A stretch of 32,000 nt of DNA from Geotalea uraniireducens Rf4 (GCF_000016745.1 NC_009483.1:4680001-4712000), one strand, 5' to 3'; positions 18,346 through 28,170 are shown, numbered from the stretch's first letter. The notes: generated by a model from the letters alone, not told the origin. Translations and numbers: made by a program.

Positions 18346-20081
18346 ACCCCAGCCCTCCTTGAAAAACCTGTAATATTGGAAAGGCTAAAGACGGCATCGA
18401 CCCCACCTCCGATATCTAACGCACGCAGGTCTCCTCCGCCGGAGAGCAGATCAGCCCAAAATACGATTAGATCGTTGAGTTGCTTATTATAACGCTTGAC
18501 AGTTCGCTCACGGGCGAAATCGGCGGCAGCCGCCTTGTTCTCGTCGTTAATGCCGTCGAAGACCGTGCGGGGTTCTATCAGAAGCCACAAGCGTTCATCA
18601 GCCCAGTCAAGCCGAGTACCGATTCCTTCGCGCCAATGCAAACCGGGGAAACCGCTGACCGTACCGTTAAGTGATCCTACAAGCTGCTTTAGAGGTGCCC
18701 AGACACTCTCTCTTGGGTCCGATGGTGCTAACAAATCAGCACTTCTCCGACGAGTTGCGTCCAATCGATGATGGCGTTCTAAAGCACGGGTAAGTGCACT
18801 GCGTAACAGGCCACGCTCGCCGGAATCGTAGCGCAGTCGCTTGTTGTCGATGGTATGTAGGTCAAAATCAGTAATGTTGTAACCACCAAAAGCTGCACGC
18901 ACGTCGCCATCGGCTCCAAAGGCCAACACGCCAGCCCGAGTGCGAGCAACGAGGACGTCAACGCCAGCCTGCTTGACAGCTTCCCGTGCTTCTGCGTGGC
19001 CGCCGATCTCACAGACAACGCGTCGACATACTGTTGGAATTTGTACGACAGGTATTGCATTGAGGCGCACCACCGGCCAGCCTCGTTTTCCTCCTGGCGG
19101 CGGGGCGCTACTCCAGCGGCGGCGCTCGGCTGCGAAGGTGTCGAGTATCGTGGTGTCGATGCTTTTTACCATTCGCACCAAGTCTCGCATTGCCTCATCG
19201 AAGTTTTGAACCCTTATCAGTGCTGACTCCACTCCAGCCTGTTTCGCTCGCGCCAGCAATTGTTCAACTCGGGCGAGCGGTGGATCTTCCCCGCGATGCA
19301 GCCAGAACAATCCGGAAGGGTAAGCGCCATTTTGTTCCAGCACCTCCTCCAGTGCATCCATAATGGAATCGTCACGGCCACTGTACCCGACTACAACAAG
19401 TCCAAAGCGTTTGCAGGAATCTACTAGAAGTTGCCTTAAACGTTGATCTTGGTAACGCAATTCATCACCAGTGTTTTTGAGTCGCCGAGATCTGAAGTCT
19501 CCATGCAACTTTACCTCGATTGGCCATCTTCCTCCTCCTATGCACTGAGCAGCTAAATCAGGCGCTTCGAGAGCAACAGTCGTGAGTGGTCCTGTTCCGT
19601 CATATACCTTCGCACAAGCATCCGCCACGAGTGGATCGAAGTTGGTTGTCCACACCAAACGCGTAAGTTGTGCATGCATCAGAGAAGCGAGGGCCAAGTG
19701 TCCATAGGACAACTTTGCTCCACCCATTTTGGCATCCAAATAGGCGCGACGATCCGACTCTGCAGGATAAACTGCTTCAAAAAGTGCTGCGTACTCGTCC
19801 GGGGAGCCGGGAGAAGGCAAACTCCCTGAGGAATCAACGTAGGCCTGTAACTGAGCACGAATTGTGGGATTCGACAGATCGGCCATAGACTGGTGCGAAA
19901 CTCGTCGTTGGCTGATGAATAGTTGCTGCTTAAACTCCCAGACCATATCTCCGGCAGTGGGTATCCCAGCTGAGGCCGATGCACCGGCACCGAGTAGCCA
20001 CATCAGGTTCCCAGCCCGTAAAGAAAAACGTCGAGCAAAATCATCCGCTTCTATCGTAGGCACATTGTTCCCTTTACCCAT
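18342..20081 (-). CDS. SIR2-APAZ fusion protein (SIR2_2-type NADase domain + APAZ domain), partner of the short pAgo
   Basis: 579 aa. SIR2_2 landmarks are the glycine-rich LLGAGASASAGIP (31-35), TTNFD (145-149), KLHGD with His193, and VGYSGRDD (231-238). The C-terminal ~280 aa has no recognisable enzymatic motifs, consistent with APAZ. It lies 23 nt downstream of hsdS. Confidence 0.9.
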   Translation of the reverse strand: MGKGNNVPTIEADDFARRFSLRAGNLMWLLGAGASASAGIPTAGDMVWEFKQQLFISQRRVSHQSMADLSNPTIRAQLQAYVDSSGSLPSPGSPDEYAALFEAVYPAESDRRAYLDAKMGGAKLSYGHLALASLMHAQLTRLVWTTNFDPLVADACAKVYDGTGPLTTVALEAPDLAAQCIGGGRWPIEVKLHGDFRSRRLKNTGDELRYQDQRLRQLLVDSCKRFGLVVVGYSGRDDSIMDALEEVLEQNGAYPSGLFWLHRGEDPPLARVEQLLARAKQAGVESALIRVQNFDEAMRDLVRMVKSIDTTILDTFAAERRRWSSAPPPGGKRGWPVVRLNAIPVVQIPTVCRRVVCEIGGHAEAREAVKQAGVDVLVARTRAGVLAFGADGDVRAAFGGYNITDFDLHTIDNKRLRYDSGERGLLRSALTRALERHHRLDATRRRSADLLAPSDPRESVWAPLKQLVGSLNGTVSGFPGLHWREGIGTRLDWADERLWLLIEPRTVFDGINDENKAAAADFARERTVKRYNKQLNDLIVFWADLLSGGGDLRALDIGGGVDAVFSLSNITGFSRRAGV

Positions 20082-20104
20082 AGCAATTCATCCTTGCTGG
20101 AAGG

Positions 20105-21391
20105 TTAAATTTCGGTACGTTCAAACACTTGCACGTTACCTGTCATGAGGTCGTGCATGAGGCCGCGTTTGATTAGTCGATTCACGGACTGACTTTCATT
20201 AAGAGCACAAATATTCATTTCCATCCATTCCAGCCGCTCAACAATTCGCACCTGTTCATCTAAATCACAAAAAGGAAAAAACAACCCTTCCATAACCGAG
20301 TTGTTTAAACTCGGCATTGTGGTTCCAACGGCTCTGCCTACGATCTGCCGCTGCACAAAATCTTGTCGGTAAACTTGAGCTGCAAAGTCTGCCGTCAAGG
20401 CGCTCTGTCCTAAGCGTAGTAAGAAGCACCCTGTCCCACAAACCCAACCCTGCTCTGACTCTCTGATTGCTGCTGCACGTGAAAGATCGCCTCGTCTGGC
20501 AATTACCATGTCACCAAGACTCATTCGATGCCGCGCTAAATCATTGGCACGTGCCTCGTGAATTCGGGCGATATTCTCTGTGCCAATCAATCCATTGTTG
20601 ATGTCTTGGGGCATCACGACTGGAACACCTTCGGCCTGATATTCATGAGCATGGAGCTGACTGCCAAAAGGCCCAGTCTGAAGGTATCCACCGCATTTAC
20701 GTAAGATGTTTCCCAGTCTTTCGACCTCCCACTCCTTCGGAATCCACCCAAGCGGAGATTCTTTGTAGAGGCCGGGCGCATGTTCGCGTGTGGGACGAAG
20801 GTGGCCGTCGGGGGTGACGCCACGGGTGAACAGGTCGTGCATCAGCCCAGCCTTGACCTGCTGCATCTTCGCAATCAGCACCTCGGTCTGCTCAATTGTT
20901 TCGTCCAGTGTTGAGAGGATTTCAGCGATGCGGCGCTGCTGAGGAAGTGCTGGCAACTCCACCAAGTAAGCAACGAGGTCGGAGCGGATTATCCCATTAA
21001 TGCTCGTTCCTTGGTTCAGTTTTTTGAGGTCTTCCACTCCCTGACGCATTCGATGAAAAAGGAACGATGTAGCAACCTGATTATCATCGACGTAAACTCC
21101 AGTGATGTCTTGGCTGATGGCGATGTCACATGGGGCAATGGCAATTTTTCCGACTCCTGTGCGGGTGACCAATAACAATTGACCTTGTTGAATCACATTT
21201 GTAGCCGACTGCCTGACAGCCTCCTCCGAGACGAAGCGCCTGAATTCCCCGATGCCAGATGGCGTGAAGTCGGCTCCAGTTATCCAAGGTATGTTTCCAT
21301 TCCAGTAACGGTCTATATCAGTCGACGGGGTTCCACCGTTTACAATCTTTTTGGCAATTTGACCAAACGGAACAGTAGACCACTCACTCAT
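20105..21391 (-). CDS. hsdS: Type I restriction-modification specificity subunit S
   Basis: 428 aa with two target-recognition halves. Each half is followed by the conserved helical spacer ([25 protein letters not shown]...[11 protein letters not shown] and [14 protein letters not shown]...[11 protein letters not shown]). The start overlaps the hsdM end by 8 nt. Confidence 0.9.
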   Translation of the reverse strand: MSEWSTVPFGQIAKKIVNGGTPSTDIDRYWNGNIPWITGADFTPSGIGEFRRFVSEEAVRQSATNVIQQGQLLLVTRTGVGKIAIAPCDIAISQDITGVYVDDNQVATSFLFHRMRQGVEDLKKLNQGTSINGIIRSDLVAYLVELPALPQQRRIAEILSTLDETIEQTEVLIAKMQQVKAGLMHDLFTRGVTPDGHLRPTREHAPGLYKESPLGWIPKEWEVERLGNILRKCGGYLQTGPFGSQLHAHEYQAEGVPVVMPQDINNGLIGTENIARIHEARANDLARHRMSLGDMVIARRGDLSRAAAIRESEQGWVCGTGCFLLRLGQSALTADFAAQVYRQDFVQRQIVGRAVGTTMPSLNNSVMEGLFFPFCDLDEQVRIVERLEWMEMNICALNESQSVNRLIKRGLMHDLMTGNVQVFERTEI

Positions 21392-23858
21392 ACCCCAACT
21401 CCACCAAAAACCCCTTCAACTTCTCCGCAGCCAAATCCCGCCTGGCCTCAATGTCCTTGACAGTAACGGCATATTTCCCATGCAGATTCTCCAGCGCAGC
21501 AAGACACGCCCGCTGGTCGGCCTGCAGATACCCTTCATAGGTCTGCACCAGCAGGCGACGCAGCCGGTCGAGGATGACACGACGGGCTGCATCGTGGTCG
21601 ATCTTGTCTCGGGCGGCAGCAACGAGATCCTCCTGTTTCTTCTCCGTGGCACGCAGCTCTGCTTTCAACTGCTTCCCCTCATCCTCCAGCGCTTTGTGCC
21701 GGGCAAGACGTGCCTCCGCGGCTTGGGCGCGGGCTGTGAAAGCCGTGGCGTCCCGGTTTTCCCGTTTCGCCAGCTTGGCCTGGGCATTGGCCTCCTTGAG
21801 TTCGGACTTGAGCGCCTTGACATCCTCGGCGGGGAGGACTCCGGTGTCGTCGCTGTCTTCGTAATCCTCTTCATCGGCGGCGGCAAAGAGAGCCGAGAGT
21901 TCGGCTAACCGCAGGCGCTTCTGTTCCATGTCGGCCAGGAGTTCCGGGAACTGGCTCTCCAGGATGTCGGCGTCGGGAATCAGTTCCGGCCCCCAGCCGC
22001 TGGCGGCGATGGATTTGAGATCTGCCTTCAGGTCATCCATATACCGGGCAAAGGCACCACGAATCTGGTGTTCGGTCAACAGGCCCTGCCCAGAAAAGGT
22101 CAAGGCGATGGTGGCAAGAAGCCCACGGCGCAGTTCATAGACATTCCCCTTCTGGCCGTTCCTGGGGGCGAGATCTTCAATCAGCGGCAGGTTCTCCACC
22201 CACCACGTTTCCAGTGTCTGCAAAAAGCGGCTCTGCGCCACCACCACGCCAGGGTCGGTTTTGACCAGTTCGGCCAAAGTTCGTCGATCGGTGACGGCAG
22301 GGGTGAAATCGGCATAGAGGGAATCGCCCGGACGCGGTACAAAACAGCGCTCTCGCAGACCAGGATAGTTGGTCCAGTAACGGGCCATGGCCTCAATCTC
22401 AACGGTCGGAACCCCGCCGTGCAGGTGGGCACGCACGTCGTGGGGCTCGGGCGGCGGGGCGTTGTCCACATAGCGGCGGATATTGCAGTTGTAATCCTCG
22501 ACTTTGATCTCGCTCACCGGCACCCGGCGAGCGTAGCCGGGCACGTCCGCCATGGTACGGTAGGCGTGGACGATCTTGGAAATATCCTCTGGACGCAGGA
22601 AATTCTGCGCCTTCCCTTCACGATATTCCCGGTCGGCATTGATGAAGAAGACGTGGTCGCGCACGTTATCACCCGAACCGGCGTCCTTTTTGTTCATCAC
22701 CAACACGCAGGCAGGGATGCCTGTGCCGTAAAAGAGCCCTGCGGGTAGACCGATTACCGCCTCCAGCCAGCCGTGCTCTATGAAGTGCCTGCGCGCCGCC
22801 TTTTCCTCGCCTCCCCGGAAGAGCACGCCGTGGGGCATGACGGTGGCCATCTTGCCGTCGGCCTTGAGCACGGCCAGCATGTGCTGGACAAACATCAGGT
22901 CGGCCTTTTTTCCCTTTTCCGGAAGCCAGACGGCGAAACGGCCGGGATAGTCGATGTCTTTTTTTATGTAGTTCTGACTGAAGGGGGGATTGGCAAGGAC
23001 GCGGTCGTGTCGTTGCAGTTCATTGTTCTCTGCCTTGTGTTGCGGGTGACGCAGGGTGTCCTCCTGGCGGATGTCGGCGTGCTCGATGCCGTGGAGGAGC
23101 ATGTTCATCTTGCAGATGGACCAGGTGGTGCCGATGCTTTCCTGCCCGGCAAGGGCGAGGTCGCGAGGATCACCGCCACATTCGCGGACATAGTCGCGGG
23201 TCTGGATGAGCATGCCACCCGAGCCGCAGGTGGGGTCGTACACACTCATGCCAGGCTGGGGATCAACGATCTCGACCAGGGTGCGCACCACATCGGCCGG
23301 AGAGTAGAACTCTCCCGCCTTCTTGCCGGCGGAATCAGCGAAATATTTGATCAGGTATTCGTAAGCCGCCCCGAGCAGGTCAGGGAACTCAAAGTTTTCG
23401 TCGCGAAGCGGGATCTTCTCGAAGTTCTGGATGAAGTTGGCAAGTGTATCGTCGTCAAGGGAACGCTGGCCGATCTTCTTGTTGAAGTTGATCCCCTTGA
23501 GCACGTCCTGCAGAGCATCAACGTTTGCGTCCTCCAGCGCTTCCAGCGCCTTGTTGAGATTAGTGCCGACATTGGTCTTGAGGTGGCGGATATTAGACCA
23601 GTGAGCCTCTTCCGGCACGAAAAAAGTGTATTTATCCGGGTTGTTAAGCTGGCCAGCGATGACCGCCTCGGCCATCCCCTTTTCTTTTAAATCTTTGGCG
23701 AGCTGTTCCCGCTCCTGGTCGAAGAGGTCGGAGAGGCGTTTCAGGAATAGCATTCCGAAGATATATTCTTTATATTCAGAGGCGTCCATGTTGCCGCGCA
23801 GGTCGTCGCAGGCGCGGAAGAGAAGGCTGGAAAGTTGGCTGAGGGTGAGTTTGGACAT
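21384..23858 (-). CDS. hsdM: Type I restriction-modification N6-adenine DNA methyltransferase subunit M, with a ~355-aa C-terminal extension
   Basis: The HsdM_N-like N-terminus is [32 protein letters not shown]. The AdoMet motif is [12 protein letters not shown] (206-217) and the catalytic NPPF is at 290-293. The canonical end NIRRYVDN is at about residue 466. An extra region through residue 824 follows and is rich in charged heptad-like sequence. Confidence 0.95.
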   Translation of the reverse strand: MSKLTLSQLSSLLFRACDDLRGNMDASEYKEYIFGMLFLKRLSDLFDQEREQLAKDLKEKGMAEAVIAGQLNNPDKYTFFVPEEAHWSNIRHLKTNVGTNLNKALEALEDANVDALQDVLKGINFNKKIGQRSLDDDTLANFIQNFEKIPLRDENFEFPDLLGAAYEYLIKYFADSAGKKAGEFYSPADVVRTLVEIVDPQPGMSVYDPTCGSGGMLIQTRDYVRECGGDPRDLALAGQESIGTTWSICKMNMLLHGIEHADIRQEDTLRHPQHKAENNELQRHDRVLANPPFSQNYIKKDIDYPGRFAVWLPEKGKKADLMFVQHMLAVLKADGKMATVMPHGVLFRGGEEKAARRHFIEHGWLEAVIGLPAGLFYGTGIPACVLVMNKKDAGSGDNVRDHVFFINADREYREGKAQNFLRPEDISKIVHAYRTMADVPGYARRVPVSEIKVEDYNCNIRRYVDNAPPPEPHDVRAHLHGGVPTVEIEAMARYWTNYPGLRERCFVPRPGDSLYADFTPAVTDRRTLAELVKTDPGVVVAQSRFLQTLETWWVENLPLIEDLAPRNGQKGNVYELRRGLLATIALTFSGQGLLTEHQIRGAFARYMDDLKADLKSIAASGWGPELIPDADILESQFPELLADMEQKRLRLAELSALFAAADEEDYEDSDDTGVLPAEDVKALKSELKEANAQAKLAKRENRDATAFTARAQAAEARLARHKALEDEGKQLKAELRATEKKQEDLVAAARDKIDHDAARRVILDRLRRLLVQTYEGYLQADQRACLAALENLHGKYAVTVKDIEARRDLAAEKLKGFLVELGYE

Positions 23859-24002
23859 CAGGTAATTACTCCGGAGTTATTGGCAGGGGTGTTATACTGG
23901 GTGCAAATGTAGCGCTCGGAGAGGGATTTTTCATGGATAGGCACAATTAACAAAATAATGTCAAAATTACAAGAAGATAACCTACTGTCAGCACCACCGG
24001 CT

Positions 24003-24692
24003 TTAAGCCGGTATGCTGAATGGTGGCAGTTTTTTGATAAACTCTCTGGTCATCGGTGCTCCACTCCCTTTATCCAGCAGCCCCGGACGCCGCAAATCCT
24101 CGACAGTGTCCACATCATACCAGCCAGGGAGCAGTCCAATAGTGATCCCCGCCTCTGCCCCCCTGGCCAGGCTCAGGTTCAGTACCTGGTCGCTGCTCCA
24201 GGGGACATCCCGAAACAATCGGCAATACACTCGTTTCATTGCCAACAGGTAATACCCCCCGTCCTCTGTTGGGCCAATAACCACATCGACGCCGTTCTTC
24301 TCCAGCCTCTGAAAAGCTACATCCAGGAACCCAACCGGCAGGTCCGGCGAATCGGTGCCGATGATTGCCACTGATTCGTAGCCATGTTCAAATGTGCGCT
24401 GAAATGCATCCATCATCCTCTCGCCCAGATTGTTACCACGCTGGGGGACGGTCTCCATACCGGCGGCTATCGTTGCGAAATAGGATGCCGCGTCTCCATT
24501 GCCTTCAAAAAACAGGTAAATATCTACACCCTCAAGCTGCTTAACCTTGGACAAGGTGTCGATGAGCATGCAGCGATATAGTTCCGCCGCTTCTTCGGGT
24601 GATAAAACCGTAGTAAGTCGGGTTTTAACCTTTCCTGCAATTGGCTGCTTGGCAAAAACAATTAACGCGTTATTATTATGTCGCATTTTCAA
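24003..24692 (-). CDS. DUF2064 / TIGR04282-family glycosyltransferase-like (nucleotidyltransferase-fold) protein
   Basis: 229 aa. The N-terminus ALIVFAKQPIAGKVKTRL and internal VAIIGTDSPDLP are characteristic of DUF2064. It lies 30 nt downstream of folE2. Confidence 0.7.
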   Translation of the reverse strand: MKMRHNNNALIVFAKQPIAGKVKTRLTTVLSPEEAAELYRCMLIDTLSKVKQLEGVDIYLFFEGNGDAASYFATIAAGMETVPQRGNNLGERMMDAFQRTFEHGYESVAIIGTDSPDLPVGFLDVAFQRLEKNGVDVVIGPTEDGGYYLLAMKRVYCRLFRDVPWSSDQVLNLSLARGAEAGITIGLLPGWYDVDTVEDLRRPGLLDKGSGAPMTREFIKKLPPFSIPA

Positions 24693-24722
24693 TACAGGGC
24701 CATGAAGGCAAAATATTTAGCC

Positions 24723-25595
24723 TTATCCACAATTTCCGGGCTTATCAACAGGGTTATCAACACCCTTCTCCCGTTTGTCTCTTTCTATCGCTGCATAGGC
24801 GGAATGATTGTGGATCGACTCGAAGTTCTCCGCTTCCACGGAAAACCAGGTGATTTTTTCCATTGCCAAAAGCTTCTGGGTCGCCTCGCGCACCATGTCT
24901 TCCACAAACTTGGGATTCTCGTAGGCCTTTTCGGTGACGAACTTTTCGTCTTCCCGTTTAAGCAGGGAATAAACCGGGCTGGAACCGCACCCCTCGACGA
25001 TCTCGATGAGGTCCTCGATCCAGACGAATTCCCGATAGCGAACCCGTACGGTCATTATGCTCCGCTGGTTGTGGGCTCCGTAGTGGGAAAGCTCCTTGCT
25101 GCATGGGCATAGAGAGGTGACCGGAACCTTGATGCCGAGGATGAAATCGAATTCCGAGGAGAGGCTCGCACTGAACTCGCAGGTATACTCCATAAGGCTT
25201 TTGGCGCCGGAGGCAGGCGCCTTTTTTTCGATAAAGTAGGGGAATTCGATCTCCACATGGGCGCTTCCTGCGCCTAGTTTTTCCTTCATCCGCTGCAGCA
25301 TAGCCTCCATGTTGTCGAGGGCAATCTTTTCCCGATAAACGTTGAGGATCTCGATGAAGCGGCTCATGTGTGTCCCCTTGAAGTGGTGGGGAAGGTCCAC
25401 GTACATGTTGATGCGCGCCACGGTGTGCTGGATCGATTTGTTCTTGTCCATTATGACGATGGGGTAGGAAATGTCCTTCACCCCTACCTTGCTGATGGGG
25501 ATGTTGCGGGTGTCGCGGGACTTCTGGACATCGCTCAGGGACTGCGGTGAATGGGGAGAACCCTTATCCTTGTTTTCCATATCTTTTCTCTTCAC
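24723..25595 (-). CDS. folE2: GTP cyclohydrolase I type 2 (FolE2/MptA family)
   Basis: The segments [10 protein letters not shown]...[15 protein letters not shown]...SLCPCSKE...GAHNQRS match the FolE2 family. The start is either the GTG at 25595 (GTGA overlap with the queC stop) or the ATG at 25580. Confidence 0.85.
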   Translation of the reverse strand: MKRKDMENKDKGSPHSPQSLSDVQKSRDTRNIPISKVGVKDISYPIVIMDKNKSIQHTVARINMYVDLPHHFKGTHMSRFIEILNVYREKIALDNMEAMLQRMKEKLGAGSAHVEIEFPYFIEKKAPASGAKSLMEYTCEFSASLSSEFDFILGIKVPVTSLCPCSKELSHYGAHNQRSIMTVRVRYREFVWIEDLIEIVEGCGSSPVYSLLKREDEKFVTEKAYENPKFVEDMVREATQKLLAMEKITWFSVEAENFESIHNHSAYAAIERDKREKGVDNPVDKPGNCG

Positions 25596-26278
25596 TTTTC
25601 ACCCTTCACGTATTTCACAGGGTCTGTCATCCCCGCCTCGGCAAACCCCTTCAACCTCAACCGGCAGGAATCGCAGCGACCGCAGGCGAGCTCGTCAGCG
25701 GTGGGATCGTAGCAGGAATGGGTGCGGCCGTAATCAACACCGAGCGAAAGCCCTTTCCTGATGATCTCCGCCTTGGTGAGATGGATGAGCGGCGTATGGA
25801 TGGTGAACCGACCGGCGCCCTCAACCCCGGCCTTTGTCGCCAGGTTCGCCATAGTCTCAAATGCGGCGATATATTCAGGCCGGCAATCGGGATAACCGGA
25901 ATAATCAAGGGCATTGACGCCGATGAAGATGTCGAAGGCGCCGAGGGTTTCCGCCCAGCCGAGGGCAAAGGAGAGGAAGATGGTATTCCTGGCCGGGACG
26001 TAGGTCACCGGTATGTCATTACCCACTCCCTCCTTGGGGACGTCGATCTCCGCAGTCAGGGCGCTACCCCCCATCTTGCGCAGGTCGAACTCCACCACCA
26101 TGTGCTCCACGGCACCCATCGGCTTCGCATTGCCCTTCGCCAGCTCAAGCTCTGCCTTGTGACGCTGGCCGTAGGCAAAGCTCATGGCGTACGGCTCGAA
26201 CCCCTCGGCTTTGGCAATGGCCATGCATGTGGTCGAATCGAGACCACCGCTGTACAGGATTACCGCTTTTTTCGGCAT
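25592..26278 (-). CDS. queC: 7-cyano-7-deazaguanine (preQ0) synthase
   Basis: 228 aa. The PP-loop is [12 protein letters not shown]. The C-terminal zinc cysteines are [20 protein letters not shown]. Confidence 0.9.
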   Translation of the reverse strand: MPKKAVILYSGGLDSTTCMAIAKAEGFEPYAMSFAYGQRHKAELELAKGNAKPMGAVEHMVVEFDLRKMGGSALTAEIDVPKEGVGNDIPVTYVPARNTIFLSFALGWAETLGAFDIFIGVNALDYSGYPDCRPEYIAAFETMANLATKAGVEGAGRFTIHTPLIHLTKAEIIRKGLSLGVDYGRTHSCYDPTADELACGRCDSCRLRLKGFAEAGMTDPVKYVKGEK

Positions 26279-26333
26279 CTTTCTACCTCGTGATTATATT
26301 TTCTCCGAACGGAGGTTAATTGCGCGCCAAACT

Positions 26334-26367
26334 AAAAGGCCGCGCCGGTCTGCCGGTGCGGCCTTTT
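26334..26367 (-). terminator. Rho-independent terminator downstream of rpoD
   Basis: GGCCGCGCCGG (26338-26348) pairs with CCGGTGCGGCC (26353-26363). It is flanked by AAAA and TTTT, so it could act on either strand. It lies 16 nt after the rpoD stop. Confidence 0.7.
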
Positions 26368-26382
26368 GCAATAGGGAACTAA

Positions 26383-28143
26383 CTATTCCACGAAGCTCTT
26401 GAGTTTCTTTGCCCGGCTCGGATGGCGGAGCTTCCGCAGCGCCTTGGCCTCTATCTGCCGGATACGCTCACGGGTCACCTCGAAATCCTGACCGACCTCC
26501 TCCAGGGTATGGTCGCTCTTCTCACCGATGCCGAAACGCATCCGCAGCACCTTTTCTTCGCGCGGGGTGAGGGTGGACAGCACCCGCGAGGTCTGTTCGG
26601 AAAGGTTGGCCTTGATGACCGCCTCCAGGGGAGAAACAACCCCCTTGTCCTCGATGAAGTCCCCCAGGTGGGAATCTTCTTCCTCGCCGATGGGTGTCTC
26701 CAGGGAGATCGGCTCCTTGGCGATCTTGAGGACCTTGCGCACCTTGTCCAGCGGCAGGCTCATCCGTTCGGCAATCTCCTCCGGCGACGGCTCGCGGCCA
26801 ATCTCCTGGACCAGCTGGCGGCTGGTGCGGATCAGTTTGTTGATGGTCTCGATCATGTGGACCGGAATGCGAATGGTGCGGGCCTGGTCGGCAATGGCGC
26901 GGGTAATGGCCTGCCGGATCCACCAGGTGGCGTAGGTCGAGAATTTGTAGCCGCGCTGGTACTCGAACTTGTCCACCGCCTTCATCAGGCCGATATTCCC
27001 TTCCTGGATCAGATCGAGAAACTGCAGGCCACGGTTTGTGTACTTCTTGGCGATGGAAACTACGAGACGGAGGTTGGCCTCCACCAGTTCCGACTTGGCC
27101 AGCTTGGCCTTCCTTTCGCCCTCTTCAATGGCCAGCAGGGCGGTGGAAAGCTCGGTCGCCTGGAAGCCGGACTCCTGCTCTATCTTTTTCAGCTTTTTCT
27201 CGGCGTTCCTGAATCTTTTCTCCAGCTTCTGCGCTTCTTCCAGAGAAATCCCGAGTTTCTTTAAGACCTTCTTCTCCTCATCCGCACCTTTATGCATCTT
27301 GTCCAGCATAGGCATCAGATCAGCAGGGGCAACACCGGCTTCCTTCTCCAGGTCGGCGATCTCCTGCATCACCTTGTCCACCTTCCAGGAAAGCTCCTTC
27401 AGCCGCTGGGATATCTTCTCAATATGGCGGTCCTTGAGGCGGAGGGATTTCAGAAGATCGGCCATTTTCGCCTTCAATTCCTGCTGTTCCGCCAAAATAT
27501 TTTCCCGCTCGCTTTTGGTTACTGTCTCCTGCTCAAGGGCGGCATGAAGCTCTTCCATGCGCGTGTCATCGGCACGAATCTCATCGATTACGGTCAGGAG
27601 CCTGGTCGCCTGGACATCTTCCTCACCTTCCTCGAGCTCTTCCTCTTCGACCTCTTTGCTTATCTCTATGGCCGCAATCTGCAACTTGCGCAGCTTATCC
27701 CCAAGCGAGATCACTTCTTTGACCGTGATCGGGGTGTTGAGGATAACACTCGCCACATCCCTCTCGCCGACCTCGATCCTCTTGGCTATTTCCACCTCGC
27801 CTTCACGGGTCAGAAGGGAAACGGAACCCATTTCCCGCAGGTACATCCGGACAGGGTCGCTGGTCCGTCCGAGCGTCCCCGGCTCAAACTCCACCTCTTC
27901 CTGTTCGCCTTCCAGTTCCTCTTCATCTTCAAGGTCAAGCTTGACCTTGGGAATCTTAACCTTTTGCGCGGAATCGACTATTTCGATATCCATGTCCCCG
28001 AACATACTCATGACGTCGTCAATCTGCTCGGAAGAAACAATGTCCGGGGGGAGGAGATCGTTGACCTCCTCATAGGTAAGAAATCCTTTTTCCTTACCCA
28101 GATCAATCAGTTGTTTTACTTCATCCATATTTTTTTTGGCCAT
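26383..28143 (-). CDS. rpoD: RNA polymerase primary sigma factor (sigma-70)
   Basis: 586 aa with an acidic region 1, region 2.4/2.3 ([27 protein letters not shown]) and region 4.2 ([30 protein letters not shown]). Confidence 0.95.
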   Translation of the reverse strand: MAKKNMDEVKQLIDLGKEKGFLTYEEVNDLLPPDIVSSEQIDDVMSMFGDMDIEIVDSAQKVKIPKVKLDLEDEEELEGEQEEVEFEPGTLGRTSDPVRMYLREMGSVSLLTREGEVEIAKRIEVGERDVASVILNTPITVKEVISLGDKLRKLQIAAIEISKEVEEEELEEGEEDVQATRLLTVIDEIRADDTRMEELHAALEQETVTKSERENILAEQQELKAKMADLLKSLRLKDRHIEKISQRLKELSWKVDKVMQEIADLEKEAGVAPADLMPMLDKMHKGADEEKKVLKKLGISLEEAQKLEKRFRNAEKKLKKIEQESGFQATELSTALLAIEEGERKAKLAKSELVEANLRLVVSIAKKYTNRGLQFLDLIQEGNIGLMKAVDKFEYQRGYKFSTYATWWIRQAITRAIADQARTIRIPVHMIETINKLIRTSRQLVQEIGREPSPEEIAERMSLPLDKVRKVLKIAKEPISLETPIGEEEDSHLGDFIEDKGVVSPLEAVIKANLSEQTSRVLSTLTPREEKVLRMRFGIGEKSDHTLEEVGQDFEVTRERIRQIEAKALRKLRHPSRAKKLKSFVE

Positions 28144-28170
28144 TTACTCCACCTCTTTACAGCATCATAT

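Noticed and set aside
22773-23690. A 305-aa plus-strand ORF (and 22068..22748) antisense to hsdM
   Set aside because: It is embedded in the hsdM coding frame, which carries clear AdoMet and NPPF motifs. The antisense translation has no motifs and a GC-skewed composition.
10578-24002. Mobile-element hallmarks for the defence island (integrase, transposase, tRNA target, terminal direct or inverted repeats) and any CRISPR array
   Set aside because: I recognise no recombinase-like ORF, tRNA cloverleaf or spaced repeat array on either strand, and I spotted no matching repeats between the two junctions by eye. An exhaustive repeat search was not possible by hand.
26279-26335. A possible preQ1 riboswitch in the leader of queC
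   Set aside because: The only hairpin (CUCC-GUUC-GGAG on the minus strand) has a tetraloop, far too small for the preQ1-I aptamer loop. I also see no A-rich ...AAAAAACUA-type tail positioned for the pseudoknot. An Infernal scan with RF00522/RF01054 would settle it.
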